A stretch of DNA of 63,860 bases, filler included, from Octopus bimaculoides (GCF_001194135.2; 8 parts of 8 records of this genome joined end to end with filler, not necessarily neighbours in it), one strand, 5' to 3'; positions 12,017 to 25,675 are shown, numbered from the whole stretch's first letter. Made by a program: numbers and translations. The notes: generated by a model from the letters alone, not told the origin.

Positions 12017-14169
12017 CACCGGTCTACAAGGTTTTTGGTGTTTAGGAAATAGACACTATTCCTATACAAAATTGGTCTCCTGAATCCAAACATAACCTTC
12101 TTTTTGGCCTATCATATGTAGTTTTTAAGTTATTGAACATCCCTATAGTCACTATGTATGTGAGTACATCCAGTATGCAATGTTTGTTACCTTATTCTAA
12201 TTCTAATTATTTTTCTTTTTCCATACTTTTTAGATGTTGTAGTGACCTAAGCAATAGAAAATGAGCAAGATGTCCTCTTCAAAAAAGTGTTGTGTTAATT
12301 CTCCAAATGTGTTTTGTTATGTTTGTGGAGAATACACATTACTTGAAAATTGAAAAAACATCACTGATTTTGTTGAAAGAGCATATATGGCATATTTTGG
12401 GGTCAAGCTGGGAGACCAAGATAAATGTTGGGCATTGCATAGTGCCTGCAAACAGTGTACAGAACATTTGCAACAATGGACTAAAGGAACAAGGAAAAGT
12501 ATGTGGTTTGCTATACCAGTAGTATGGTGGGAGCTATAATCATGTGGACGACTGCTATTTTTGTAACCTAAATTTGAAGGGTATTAACTGGGAAAAAATC
12601 GACAAACACCTGTCTATCCTAATCTTGTCTCTGCTATTAGACTGGTTCCACACAGTGAAGAGTTTCCTGTTCCTGTCTTCAATGTCTTGCTTCAGATAAC
12701 TTTACGCCCAATCAAAGAAGATTCATTGCCTGAAGATGACACTAGAGATCAAGACTTTTCAGTTGAGACTTTACCTCAGCTATTCTCCCAGGTAGAGCTG
12801 AATGATTTAGTTCATGACATGAACCTCCCAAAAATTCTGCAGAACTGTTGGCTTCCCAACTGAAAGAGAAGAATCTTCTAGAGAATGGTGTCTGTATAAT
12901 CTTTTATTGGAGTCAGCATGAAGAGTTCCTTTCTGTCTTCACAAAAGAGGAAGAACTGCTTTACCACAGGGATGTCAGTGGGCTTCTTAATACACTTGGT
13001 ATTAAGGAATACAAGCCAGAGGAATGGTGTCTTTTCATAGACAGCTCTAAGTGTAGTTTAAGATATGTACTGTTGTACAACAGAAATGTATATAGCTCTG
13101 TCCCACTCAGCCACTCAACAACTCTGAAGGAAAAATATGAAGAAATTAAGTTGGTTTTGTAGAAGATACTGTATCATGATCATAAATGGGTCATCTGCAT
13201 TGACTTAAAGATGGTGAATTTTCTCATGGGACAGCAATCTGGTTATACCAAATACCCATGCTTTCTTTGCATGTGGGACAGTAGAGACCGAGTAAACCAC
13301 TATGTTAAGAAAGACTGGCTGCCTCGAACAAATATGGCTCCATGTAGAGCTGCCAATATATTGGAAGGACCTTTAGTTGAGCGAGATAAGATCATTTTCT
13401 ACACTTTGCAGATCAAACTCGGATTGTCAAAGCTCTTGACAAAAATGGGGAGTGCTTCAAGTATATTTGCAGTGTATTTCCAGACTTGATAATTGAAAAG
13501 CTTAAAGCAGGGATTTTTGATGGACCACAGATCCGTAAGCTCTTGAAGGACACAAATTTCAGGAAAACGATGAGTGAAAATGAAGCATCAACTTGGCTAG
13601 CCTTTGCAAATGTAGTGCAAAATTTCCTTAGGAAACACATAAGTGAAAACTATAAAGACCTTGTTACCAACTTGTTATCAACTTTTCGTGATATTGGTGC
13701 GAATATGAGTGTAAAAATGCATTATCTTTTTAGTCATCTTGATCATTTTCCTGAAAATCTTAGAGATGTTAGTGATGAGCAAGGCAAATGATTCCATCAG
13801 GACATTAAGGAGATGGAAACTCAGCACCAAGGACGTTGCTGGTGTTTAAAGCGAGATACACCTGTTGCTCAACATTCACAGTACACAAAGAAGCGTATAT
13901 TTATTCCTTGAATTTTCTGCCAAAAATCTTTGCCAATGTGCCTTTTGAATTTTGAATTTTTATTTGTACTTTGTTTTGTCTTATGCTCTTTTTATTGATT
14001 CATATTTTATGCCTCTTGCATGAATAAAATACTTTATCAGGTCTAGTCAGAAAACTAGACCTGATATAGAAAAACTGAAGTTATTTTTGAATTTAGCAGG
14101 CAAAATCACTCGAGAATTTCTTCAAATATTCCAGGCACCAGACAAAAAAAAAATTTTTATTGCCCAGTG
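12017..14169 (+). mobile_element. Chapaev3-like (CMC superfamily) DNA transposon, full length but decayed
   Basis: TAA on both sides (12014-16, 14170-72); termini CACCGG.. and ..CCCAGTG. Broken transposase from about 12261 to 13910: N-terminal Cys finger (FCYVCGEY..GVKLGDQDK), FIDSSK, DLKMV..GYTKYPCFLCMWDSR, IKLG, KMHYLFSHLDHFPENL..SDEQG. Family assignment from recalled Chapaev3 features (CACWG ends, TWA TSD). Confidence 0.78.
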
Positions 14170-14200
14170 TAATTTCTCTTCTTTTTGTTTTTGTGTACAG

Positions 14201-14288
14201 TTACTCAAAATGTGATGGTTATATTAATGATTTGAATGAAGGCAAACTCACCACTCAGCCAGGATGTTCTGAAGAAGAAACACTTGAG
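14201..14288 (+). CDS. POLR3A: RNA polymerase III largest subunit (RPC1), first exon visible in window
   Basis: tacag|T TAC TCA AAA TGT...CTT GAG|gtatga; (G)[29 protein letters not shown], matching the human [30 protein letters not shown] segment as recalled. Confidence 0.93.
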
Positions 14289-15920
14289 GTATGATCAGTT
14301 TTAATTTTTAACAGAATTGTGTATGTGTTTTAGGTAGGCGACATATAAGTAATACAACACAGGGATTTGAAACAATATGACTGCTTGATGTGCTATAAAT
14401 GGCAGCCAAATCACCTTTAAATCAAACTCCACCATCTTAAAGAGGGAATGATACACTGGAAAATGTAATTCTAGGTACACTATAATTGTTATATCTGAAA
14501 AAAAAAAAGAAAAAAATCTTTGGGTTGGTCATGGTTTCATTTTTTGTTTCTTATCAGCAACTACTTTGCAGAGTGTACTGGATGCATTTTATTCTGGTAC
14601 CAGCAATTAGGGTGGCCATCATGTTTTTGATAAGACTAAACAGTCTTCTCAATCTTATGTTATCTCCATTGGCTCCACTCATTTACCAATCACTTTATGA
14701 AGTGTACTGGGTACATTTTATCATGCCACCAGCAATAGTAGGATTTCTTTGCACTCTGTAAGACTGAAGAGTCCCCACTACTTTATGACTTGTTTGTCTA
14801 ACGCAACACAACTAAGAAGGTGCACCGAAGAGACTGATGACAGGGGAACCAGGATATGATAGGAGAACCAGAATAGGTAGTGAGAGTATGATGGTAGAAA
14901 CAGGGATTTCGTGGGAATGAAAGGGTGGTAGAAGGAGAGAGAATGTAATGGATAGCAATAGAAGTGGACAGTGGGAAGAGTGAGTGATGAATGTCAATAA
15001 TGATTACGGCATAGGGAAGAGGGAGATGACTGGTAAGACAGAGTGTTTCAAGTACAGACAAATCTGATACATACCCTTATACTTAGGCCTTATAATGAGA
15101 GATATAAAGTGATAAGGATGGTGGTTGGAGATTGAATACAGGTAGTCCAATACTATCCTTTGTTACATGGGCAGCTTGGTACAATGACTGGGAGAAAGGA
15201 TGAGTGTCAGAGAGATAAGAGGGAGAGAGAGAGAGAGACACATACACACACATAAACACACACATTCGTGTTCACATGTTATATTTAACTCTTACATGAA
15301 TAGTAGCTAGCATTGCTACTGATTCCTTGGAAATTCCGAAAAAAAATTTATCTATATTCATCCTTTGAAATTTTTCTTTCATAAAATCCATTCTTTATAC
15401 TGTTCATTCACTTCATGGCATAAGCAATCTGTTCTTCAATAATAGCTACAAATTTATATGAACCCCACTCCATTTTCACCTCAACATTTGAAAAATACAG
15501 AACTATCAAGCTAGCATGATGGTCTTTTAACAGAGTAGCACCACATTTAACTGGTTAACAGACTCTCCAGTCATAGACAACACCCTTCATTTATGAAAAA
15601 CGAAGTGTGTTACCCTATTTGCACTCATGCATAACATCATTATGAACATTCATTTTTTTTTTCCATGCTAACTTTGGTTATCTAAACTTCTTGATACGGA
15701 AGCAGCAGTGTGTACCATGTCATATGCTGTCTCCATTTCACATATTTTGTATTGTTTCTTGTTACATTATTTTGTTGTATGTTTGGAATACAATTTTTAT
15801 GGTTCAATCATTGTTGTCAACACATCAATTTGTGATATAATAATCTAAGAAAGATTTATAAATCTCCTGGTGATCTCATATTACTAATTTATTTAAATTA
15901 TGAAACTTTTTCTATTTAAG

Positions 15921-16032
15921 GCTATGATCCTTAAAGAGTTATCTTTGATTCGAGACCATGCTGGTAAAGCATGTTTAAAAGAATTGCACAAAAGTAACAG
16001 CCCTTTGAATATGGCCATTTGTGGATCAAAAG
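15921..16032 (+). CDS. POLR3A: POLR3A exon
   Basis: ttaag|...|gtaaat; [37 protein letters not shown](G); phase 0 to 1, compatible with neighbours. Confidence 0.95.
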
Positions 16033-16613
16033 GTAAATTTTTCTCACTGTTGAAATCTAAATTGTAATGAATAGAATCTGTAGTAATTATAATGAAAGAA
16101 GTGAATCTACAAGTGATAGAAGATACTACAATAGTTTTAACATCAAAACTAACTGAGAGTATTTTAAACGGTAACTAAAACAAAATCAAAATCACTAAGT
16201 TAATATTAATATGTTTAATGCACGGAGCATGAAAAAGGAGATGTGGAAATTAAAAGAGTTGTGTAAAAACAATATTAGACAATGACTAATAGTATTTTCA
16301 ATTTTTCAGCCGGTATTGAAGACAATTTTGGATATATTTTTATCTTATTCTACTTGTGGAAATAGTGGTAAAAAAAAATCATTAAATAACTGTACAAGAT
16401 TTAATCACATTTCTAAATTATTTAATTTCCAGGCAATTAATTCAGCTTTCTTAACCCAGTAAATGTGCTATTGTGTAGGGCATGCTTTTCTCATTTCTTC
16501 CTAGCATTACACACCCACTGGTGTATATTCACTTTATTTTTAAATGTTATACATCCAGTGGAATAGGCTCTCCTCATTTCTTTTAAACATTAATATATAT
16601 ACATATGTTGTAG

Positions 16614-16727
16614 GTTCCTTCATCAATATTTCTCAAATGATTGCTTGTGTTGGCCAGCAAGCTCTCGGTGGTAAAAGAGTCCCAAATGGATTTGAAGACA
16701 GAGCATTGCCTCACTTTGCTCGCCATG
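16614..16727 (+). CDS. POLR3A: POLR3A exon
   Basis: tgtag|...|gtaaga; [38 protein letters not shown]. Confidence 0.96.
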
Positions 16728-17168
16728 GTAAGAATGTTTTACCTTATTGATTTGTTAGGTCTGTGTCAGTTCAGGTTTGCTGTAGAAAATCATTACTTAT
16801 CCATTTCTTATTATTGCACCATTATACAATGCATACTTGCAATATAGAATAAAGTATTACTTTATGACCGACCCTTCTTTGTTTCATTATTACTTTAGTA
16901 TGACCCATCTTTGTTTCACTCAATGAAGAAAGTTTTTCCACACTGCAGAACGTGTATGGTTCCAGTTTCAGTTTACTGTGTTCAGTGTCAAATACATACT
17001 TTCAATTCATGCTTCAGAATGTCTTTGTTGTGGAACTCAAAGCACTGATCTGTAGGTTAGGGATATATATTCCTGATGCATGAGATTTTTAGCAGCCAGC
17101 TGCCAAATGTCATGCACCATCCCTGCTTAGATAAGTTTTAGAAGCTCTTAATAAGGTGTGTGTGTTTT

Positions 17169-17169
<1 letters not shown>

Positions 17170-17212
<43 letters not shown>

Positions 17213-17341
17213 TAGAGACAGTCAAACAGAGAAAATAATATGAGTGTGAACTTGGTATTCCTTTATTATATCCGTTACGTTTCTGTATTTGGTAATAAAT
17301 GATGTCACACTATAAATGCAATCCATGGATGCACCTCATAA

Positions 17342-17409
<68 letters not shown>
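17170..17409. repeat. (GA)n and long (TA)n microsatellites in POLR3A intron
   Basis: Direct reading (about 17170-17220 and 17346-17409). Confidence 0.9.
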
Positions 17410-17412
<3 letters not shown>

Positions 17413-17714
17413 TATTCATTCTGTTAGAGATTATAAGAGTCTAAAGATACTAAAACTTCAGGTTTAATGTTAATACATAGCTGTCAAAATTTCACTTTAT
17501 GTGTTCAAAAACTGTCTGTGTAAGAGTTCAACCACTTTTATAATGCTGTTTAAATCATTTACTGTTCATCATCATCGTCATCATTAAATGATGAGGATGA
17601 TGATAGTAGCAGTGATGGCAGTAGTGGTGGTTGTTGCAGTGACAGTAGTGATTCTGGTGTTGATAATAATGATGACGATGATGATATTCAGTTTACTTAG
17701 GATGGTATGCTTAA

Positions 17715-18080
<366 letters not shown>

Positions 18081-18191
18081 TAATTTTGTCACATAGGTTT
18101 GTACATCATTTCTAAATAATGTCTTGGGATTACATCCATTCTCTATTGCCACTCAGCACCTATGCTCACTGACTTTGCCTCAAATCATATA

Positions 18192-19088
18192 CGAGGAGGT
18201 ACCCAAAACTAACCAGAAATATTCTTTGTGGGACAAGCTCATTGTAGTTCAGGCTTCTGCTACTAGAAGCCACTAGATGCAACCCTCAGGCATCAATCTG
18301 CCAACTGACATTGTCGAGTGGGGTTGTACTACCACACAGTGTGTCTTTGTGTTGCAGTGCTTCTCTCCTGTTCATTGAGTTTTGCAATGGCTGAAATGCA
18401 AGAATAGTGTGCTTCCATGAAATTTTGTTTTCTGTTAGGGAAAATGGTGGGCAAAACAGTTGTCATACTTCAAACAACTTACAAGGACACTGCCATGAGC
18501 AAAGCACAAGTTTACAAGTGGTTTTCATGCTTTAAGAATGGTCACTTGTTTGAAGACCAACCTTGTTCAGGACAACCGTTCACCTCCTGAACGAATAAAA
18601 ATGTGAAAGTTCATGACCTCATCTTGGAGGACCATCACTGAACAATTGATGTACTTGTTGATATGACTAGTGAGTCCTGAAACTCCTGCCAACAAATTTT
18701 GAGCGAGGAATTGCGAATAAAAAGAGTTGCAGCAAAATTTGTGCCTTGCTTGCTCATGGAAGATCAAAAGCAGTCACAATTAAATGCATGTTGTGAACTG
18801 AAAGAACAGTTAGAAATTGATGCAGACCTTTTTTTGAAGGTCATCACTAGTGACAAAAGCTGGTGCTACGGAATTTGCAGCTGTGGAAGAAGTGAAGACA
18901 AAATCAATGGAGGCATTAAAATGCATCACTTTGCAAGAGTTCCAGCACTGTTCGAACAGTGGAAAATGCATCTGGACCAATGTATTGCTTCACATGGAGA
19001 ATACTTTAGAGGTAATAAAAATGTAAACATAAAGCTAAGTGAATAAAATAATTTTGCAAAATTCCAGTTTCTTTTGGGTATCCCCTCA
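18192..19088 (+). mobile_element. Mariner transposon, internally deleted, in POLR3A intron
   Basis: TA-flanked imperfect TIRs (TA|CGAGGAGGTACCCAAAA.. and ..TTTTGGGTATCCCCTCA|TA); decayed transposase KFCFLLGK..QVYKWF..KRVAAKFVP..VITSDKSWCYG jumping directly to C-terminal WKMHLDQCIASHGEYF. Confidence 0.9.
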
Positions 19089-19622
19089 TATATCAGTGAC
19101 TACTTGTCCACCAGCTCTTCCCAGCTCCACTGGTTACTCTCACTCACAGTTTATCCCTTCTACAGTCAGAAACCTGTTCTAGTCGTTTCTTTTGTACTCT
19201 AACTTTTCATTACTTCACATAAAGCTGTTTCCTTTTAGTCTGTGGCAATAATCTAGAAGGAGACAGCTTTATGTGAAGTGGACTATCTGGTGCCTTCAAT
19301 CATGTTGGTGCCATGAAAAAGTACACCTAGTACACATTGTAGAGTAGTTAGCCATAGGAACCATGCCAAAGCTGACATTGGAGTATGATGTAGTTGGATC
19401 TTGCGAAATTGTCCAACTCATACCAGCAAGGAAGACGGATATTAAAAGGTGATGATGATGATGCTGATTACATGCTGATTACAGTCTATGTGCATACATA
19501 GACTATTCTTTTACACACAATCGTTATTTTGTACAGAAACAAGTCAGCATATTCTATATAGTTGTTGTTAAAAGTAAGTGAAACATCAAAATGCAATAAT
19601 TTATTTTTATTTACTTTTGCAG

Positions 19623-19778
19623 TCCCTTGAAGATTTGTGTTCCCAATATGATTTAACAGTGAGAAATTCCACTGGTGAAATTGTCCAGTTCCTTTATGGA
19701 GGGGATGGTCTTGACCCAGCTTCCATGGAAGGCAAAGATCGGCCAGTTGATTTCAAAAGAGTCTTGGATCATATCAGA
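19623..19778 (+). CDS. POLR3A: POLR3A exon
   Basis: tgcag|...|gtaagt; [52 protein letters not shown]. Confidence 0.97.
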
Positions 19779-20503
19779 GTAAGTTTGATCTTTTTAATAA
19801 TTTCTAACTTTGAGTAAATATATTACAAAAGATTTTAATGAATCTTTAATAGATTACAGAAAATTTAATTTGGACTTAAATCAGGGGTTGGCAACCTTCT
19901 TTATATTTTGGCCCCTTCCTGGAATTGTTGGTATGTCATTGACCCCTATCATGTAAATTTCTAGAATAAAACTAAATAGTATAATTAATAAAAAAAATTG
20001 TGATTTAAAAACAATAATTCTTTTGTGCTTCTGTACCATTACCACTTTTAGAAAAGGCAATTTATTCGACATTCTTTCAGTTCAATTAGCTGTCAGGAAT
20101 TAGTTATAAGCTTTTCTCTGAAAATTACTAGGAAGCAGTAAACCATTACTAGTTTCATACCTAGTAACAGTTTATCTTATTAATTGCATAAAGCTGTTGA
20201 ACCAAGAGCAACCCTCTCGAACATGGACATTGAAGGGACTGACTTCAACTAATATTATTGTGTTTTGGTTGCATCATGTTTCTTATTTTGCCACGTAACA
20301 AACCTATGCACTGTTTAGTATTTGTTTAGCTTCTTTTATCATCAATATTTCATCCAACTGTTGTGATCTGTTCACTGATCTCCACTATTAATGATTTGTT
20401 GATTGTTAATTGGCAAAATGATAAAACAACTACTAAAAATACGATACTTACTTTAACCTTTGTAATGTTAACCTGCATCAATGTACCCTAATTTTGATAA
20501 ACA

Positions 20504-23500
20504 TCATCATCATCATCATTTAACATCTGTTTTCCCTGTTGGCATGGGTTGGATGGTTTGACTGAAAACTGGTAAGCCAGGAAGCTACACTAGGTTCTAA
20601 TTTGGTTTGGCATGGTTTCTATGCCTGGATGCCTTTCCAAACGCCAACCATGCCAAGTGTGTAGTGGATGCTTTTTACATGCATCTGGCATGGGTGCCAT
20701 TGACGTAACACCCACATGCTCGAACAGTGCTTCTATGTGCCACTGGCACGGGTGCCAGTGAATTGGCACTGGCATTGGCCACAGCTACAATTTCACTTGA
20801 CTTGACAAGTCTTCTCAAGCACAGCATATCACCCAATGTTTGGTTTGTGATTTTTTACATGCCAGTTGCACAACATTGGCATCAGCCACGACTATGGTCT
20901 CATTTGGCTTAATGAGTTTTCTCAAGTACATTATATTGCCAAAGGTCTCCGTCACTTATCATTGCCTCCGTGAAGCCCAACATTCAAAGATCATGTTTCA
21001 CCACCCCGTCCCATGTCTTCCTGGGTCTACCTCTTCCACCAGTTACCTCCACTGTTAGAGTGTGGCACTTCTTCACACAGCTGTCCTTGTCCACACACAT
21101 CACATGACCATACCAGTGCAGTCGTCTCTCTTGCACACCACATCTGATGCCTGTTATGCTTACACTCTGTCATGCATACACACTAACATTACACATCCAG
21201 TGAAGTATGCTAGCTTCATTTCTTTCAAGCCTACGCATGTCCTCAGTTGTCACAACCCATGTTTCACTGCCATGTAATATGGCTGTTCACACAAAGGCAT
21301 CATATAGTCTGCCTTTCACTCTGAGAGAGAGGCCCTTTGTTACCAGCAGGGGTAGGAACTCTCTGAACTTTGCCCAGCCTATTCTTATTCTAGCAGCTAC
21401 GCTCTCAGAGTATCCACCCCAACTAATGACTTGGTCACCAAGGTAACAGAAGCTATCAACTACTTCTAGTTTTCCCTCCTGGTATTTGATGGAGTCTATT
21501 TTCTGTACATTTTTAGTGTTAATTATACCTGTGCACTTTCCACACACAAAAACTATTTTCCCTGTTAACCTTCCTCTGATATTGCTGCACCTCTTATGTG
21601 TCCATAGCTTACACTGGGTACATCTTATGGAGTTATGGAGTTTCTACATACACCTTTTCTACAGATTGAGGAGGGCCATCTACCTTAAGGGATTTGTGAT
21701 TTGTCTGCTTTTCTACTTACTAAGATTTTAGATTTTGCTAGATTAACTCTAAGGCCCTTTGATTCTAGACCTTGCTTTCATGTCTGAAATTTCTTCTCTA
21801 GTTTTGGTTGTGATTAGGCTATAAGAACAAGATCATCAGTGTAGAGGAGCTCCCAGGAGAAGCTTGTCTTAAATTCCTCTGTTATTGCCTGGAGGATTAT
21901 GATGAACAAGAGGGGGTTGAGGACTGATCCTTGATGGACCCCTACTTGTACCCTAAATTTATCGCTATACTCATTGCTAACCTTCACCTTACTGACAGCA
22001 TCCCTGTACAGCTCTCACCAACCATTCATCTATCCCAAGCTTCCACATTGCCCACCAGATAAGGGAATGGGGGACTCTGTCAAAGGCTTACTCCATGTTG
22101 ACAAAAGCTAGGTACAGGGGTTTATTTTTGACTAGATATTTCTCCTGCAGTTGCCTAACCAAAAATATAGCATCAGTTGTGCTCCTGCCTGGCACAAATC
22201 CGAACTGCATCTAGACTAACTCTCTCCCTAATTAGTTGGGCTATGACCCTCTCTGTGACTTTCATCACCTGATCCAACAATTTGATACCTCTGTAATTAT
22301 TTCTGTCTAAGGTGTCACCTTTGTAGCTGTTGACTATAATGCTGTTTAACTATATGGGTGACGAGGCTATATCCTACTCCATGAGATATTTTAAGCATTG
22401 AAGTGGTGATTCCTGATGGGGTGGGGGCTTTCCCTGTCTTGATATCCTTAATTGCTTTATCTATCAAAGTATTGTCAATTCAGATAGCTGGTCCCTCAGT
22501 TGGGTTAACATTTGGCAGACTTTCCTTCTCCCATTCATTCTCCATTTTTAGCAGCCTTTCATAATGGCTTTTCCAAGTCTCTTTCTTTGCAGAATCATTA
22601 AATGTAAGTGAACTATCATCCATGCAGATATATTTCTCTCCCATGATACTGCAATTTACTCTCACACACTTTTTTGCAATCTGAAACACCTCGAGTCTCT
22701 GGTCCTCACGTCACAGAACATTGACAAACTTCTTCTTTTCTGCTTCTTCCCTGGCTAAGTATATCTGTCTCCTGGCTTCTCTAATAGCCCTGTCAACTAC
22801 ATTGTTCCACCACCATGTCACCTGAGGTTGAGAGAAGACTTTGCACCAGCCACAGATTTGGTCAGTAGCCCTCAGCAGGTTGTTCTGTAGGAACCTCCAG
22901 TTGTCCTCCAAGTTATATGTCACTATATCCTACTTTTCATCAAATGCCTCAAGTTATATGTCTCTAAATCTCTGTCTATTTAGAATATCCTTAAGCTTCC
23001 AGACCATTCTTTTCCACATCGGTCATCTTCTGGGCAGCCATTTAACCCTGATCCTGAAGTCACTAACAACTAACCTATGTTGTGGGGTACATTCTTCACC
23101 TGGGGAAGTTTTGGCATTTGTTAGCAGCCATCTTTCCTGTTTCCTAGTGAACTTGTAGGTGAACAGGTAACTGGCAGGTTTCCTGAAGTTAGTATTACAG
23201 ATCATAAGGACATTTACATGACAGAATTCCAGCAGCCTGCTTCTTTCCTCATTTCAGGAATCAAATCTGTTGCCATCATACACACCATGGAAGCTCCCTG
23301 GATGTTATTCAACATGCTCATTGAAGTTGCCGGCCACAAAGAGGTCTCTGTCGTTCATTGACGAGGTGGCCTGCAGGAGGGTGTCATAAAATCGGTCTTT
23401 CTGTTTGTCAGGTAGCCCTGGCTGAGGGTCATAGGCTGAGATAATGGTTGCTGTTCCATGTTGCAGCACTAGTTTAAGCTTAAGTATTCTATCACAAACT

Positions 23501-23680
23501 CTGACTACCTCGATTACTTTATCAACTTATTTCTTAGTCAGGAATATGCCCATACCCCCAACCCCATCACTGTTTCCTATCCAGAAAATCTTATACCTAT
23601 GCTCTTTGCCTGTGAGGAATCTTGCCAAACTTCTCCTCCACCTTACTTCTTGGATGTAACATATATCAATATATAAAACT
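20504..23680 (-). mobile_element. RTE-clade LINE, near full length and decayed; same family as 8631-11240
   Basis: APE motifs (DICYIQEVRW, IISAY, GNFNEHVE, GEECTPQHRLVVSDF), RT region and VKGRLYDA C-terminus; same (CAT)n-TTTAAC 3' tail on plus strand. Confidence 0.92.
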
Positions 23681-23877
23681 TACAAATACTTCATTAAATT
23701 ATCTCAATGGTTTAATTATACTAAAAATTAATTGAAACAAAATGGCTAATTACTTGAAATATAATCATGAAAGGATTAAAAGATGGTTTTAAATCAAACA
23801 GCTTAGCAAAAATACACAAGAAGAGTGTATCAAAGATTTTAATTTATAATTTTTAGCTTAAATTCAGATATTATTTG

Positions 23878-24118
23878 CATTATTTACATTTGACGGATAT
23901 TTGTCCTCATCTTGTTTGTTGTTAACACAACATTTTGGCTGATATACCATCCAGCCTTCTTCAGGTGTCTTGGGGGAAATTCCAAACCTGGGTTTTCATT
24001 CCTAAGGTATTTTTTGATGTTATTATTATTATTGTTGTTCAGGTCACTGCTCGGAATCGAACTCAGAATCTTGGGGTTAGTAGCCCGTGTTCTTAACCAC
24101 TACGCCATATGCCTGTGG
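23878..24118 (-). mobile_element. Family D repeat with complete tRNA-like head; lies 3' of the Penelope-like ORF on the same strand
   Basis: Minus strand GGCATATGGCGTAGTGGTTAAG (A box)..GAGTTCGATTCC (B box)..CTGAAGAAGGCTG..CAGCC AAAATGTT (mutated hammerhead). Confidence 0.85.
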
Positions 24119-24363
24119 GCAATTATGGAGTGAATTTTAGGATTTATAAATCTAATANNNNNNNNNNNNNNNNNNNNNNNNNNNNNNNNNNNNNNNNNNN
24201 NNNNNNNNNNNNNNNNNNNNNNNNNNNNNNNNNNNNNNNNNNNNNNNNNNNNNNNNNNNNNNNNNNNNNNNNNNNNNNNNNNNNNNNNNNNNNNNNNNNN
24301 NNNNNNNNNNNNNNNNNNNNNNNNNNNNNNNNNNNNNNNNNNNNNNNNNNNNNNNNNNNNNNN

Positions 24364-24700
24364 TTTGCGATGTTCGTCTACCCTTATTTTGAGGGGGCGA
24401 CATGTTTCACCTTTGTATAACCTACCACAGCTGCATGGGATGGAGTACACAGTCTTTGGTCATATTCTCTTCTATTTGTGGTTTTACCCGAAGGAGATAT
24501 TTGCGAAGTGTTGTATTACTCTTGAATACTGTCCTGATGTCACATGGGCCGCATATCTTTTGTATCTTTTTGGAGAGGCCTTTCACAGAGGGTAGACAGA
24601 CTGTGGACAGTTTATTGGCCTCATCCTCTCTTTTCTTCATAATTGGAGTGGATAGTATACTTTTGGGATAGTTGTTGCTTAACAGATCGTTATTGAGCTT
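24364..24700 (-). mobile_element. Penelope-like element fragment (Penelope/Poseidon-type RT thumb, linker and GIY-YIG endonuclease), frameshifted
   Basis: NNYPKSI..LPSVKGLSKKIQKI..TVFKSNTTLRKYL..KDC/VYSIPCSCGRLYKGETCRPLKIRVDEHRK; frameshift near 24450. Confidence 0.88.
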
Positions 24701-24886
24701 GATCATCAACAACAACATCAATAAATACCTTAGGAATGAGAACCCAGGTTCGAAATTTCCCCAAGACACCTGAAGAAGGCTGGAGGGTATATCAGCCGAA
24801 ACATTATATTAACAATAAACAAGATGAGGACAAATATCCGTCGAATGTAAATAATGTACATAATTCCTCATCTCTTAAATATAGAA
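24700..24886 (+). mobile_element. Inverted partial copy of family D capping the 5' end of the Penelope-like fragment
   Basis: aaatacct taggaatgagaacccagg..acacCTGAAGAaggctg..cagccGAAACatt..tcttaaatatagaa, in opposite orientation to the PLE ORF. Confidence 0.85.
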
Positions 24887-25065
24887 TTGTATTATCTAAT
24901 CGGTACGGAGCCGACATTAGACTTCAATGGAGACATATAGAGAAACTCCATCAAAAACATTACAACCGTTGGAAAAAAACATCAACTAAATAACGAAATC
25001 AAAGAGATATTTGGATATTTCAGTGTAACTTATTAATGTTATTGAAAACTATTCATTGAATTGTG

Positions 25066-25435
25066 TGATAAGAAGCTTGCTTCTCAACAATATGGTTCCC
25101 TGTTCAGTTCCACTGCATGACACCTTGGGCAAGTGTCTTTTACTATAGCGTTAGGCTGACCAAATCCTTGTGAGGGGATTTAGTAGATGGAAACTGAAAG
25201 AAATCTGTTGTATATATATGTGCGCATGTGTGTGTGTGTGTTTGTCCCCCACCACGACTTGACAACAGGTGGTGGTGTGTTTATGTCCCTGTAACTTAGT
25301 GGTTTGGCAAAAGAGACCAATAGAATAAGTGCCAGGTTTTAAAAAAAAGTCCTGGGGTTGATTTGTTTGGCTAAAAAAAGCCCTTCAATGTGATGCCTCA
25401 GCATGGACACAGTCAGATGATTGTAACAAGTAACA
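25066..25435 (+). mobile_element. tRNA-derived SINE, family B
   Basis: gtgtgataagaagcttgct..gacaccttgggcaagtgtc..aaactgaaagaaatc..tttgtccccc..aataagtgccagg. Confidence 0.8.
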
Positions 25436-25544
25436 GAAAAGGATTAGTCAAGTAAGAACTTATAAAGTAATTAGTTTATTTGTCTTGTACTTTTTGCTTT
25501 TATTGTGCTTTAAATTTAAAAAAAAACTTTATTGTATTTTGTAG

Positions 25545-25675
25545 GCTGTCACATCATATGAATGTAGAGATGAAGCAAGCCTCAGTTCAGATGAATTACA
25601 AGAATTAGGTACTAAATTATTAAACCTACCTCGGTTCAAAGAAGGCTTTGGAGAAGATTTTCAGAAAGAATTACG
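25545..25675 (+). CDS. POLR3A: POLR3A exon (variable foot region)
   Basis: tgtag|...|gtaaaa; AVTSYECRDEASLSSDELQELGTKLLNLPRFKEGFGEDFQKEL(R); open and phase-compatible (0 to 2). Confidence 0.85.
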
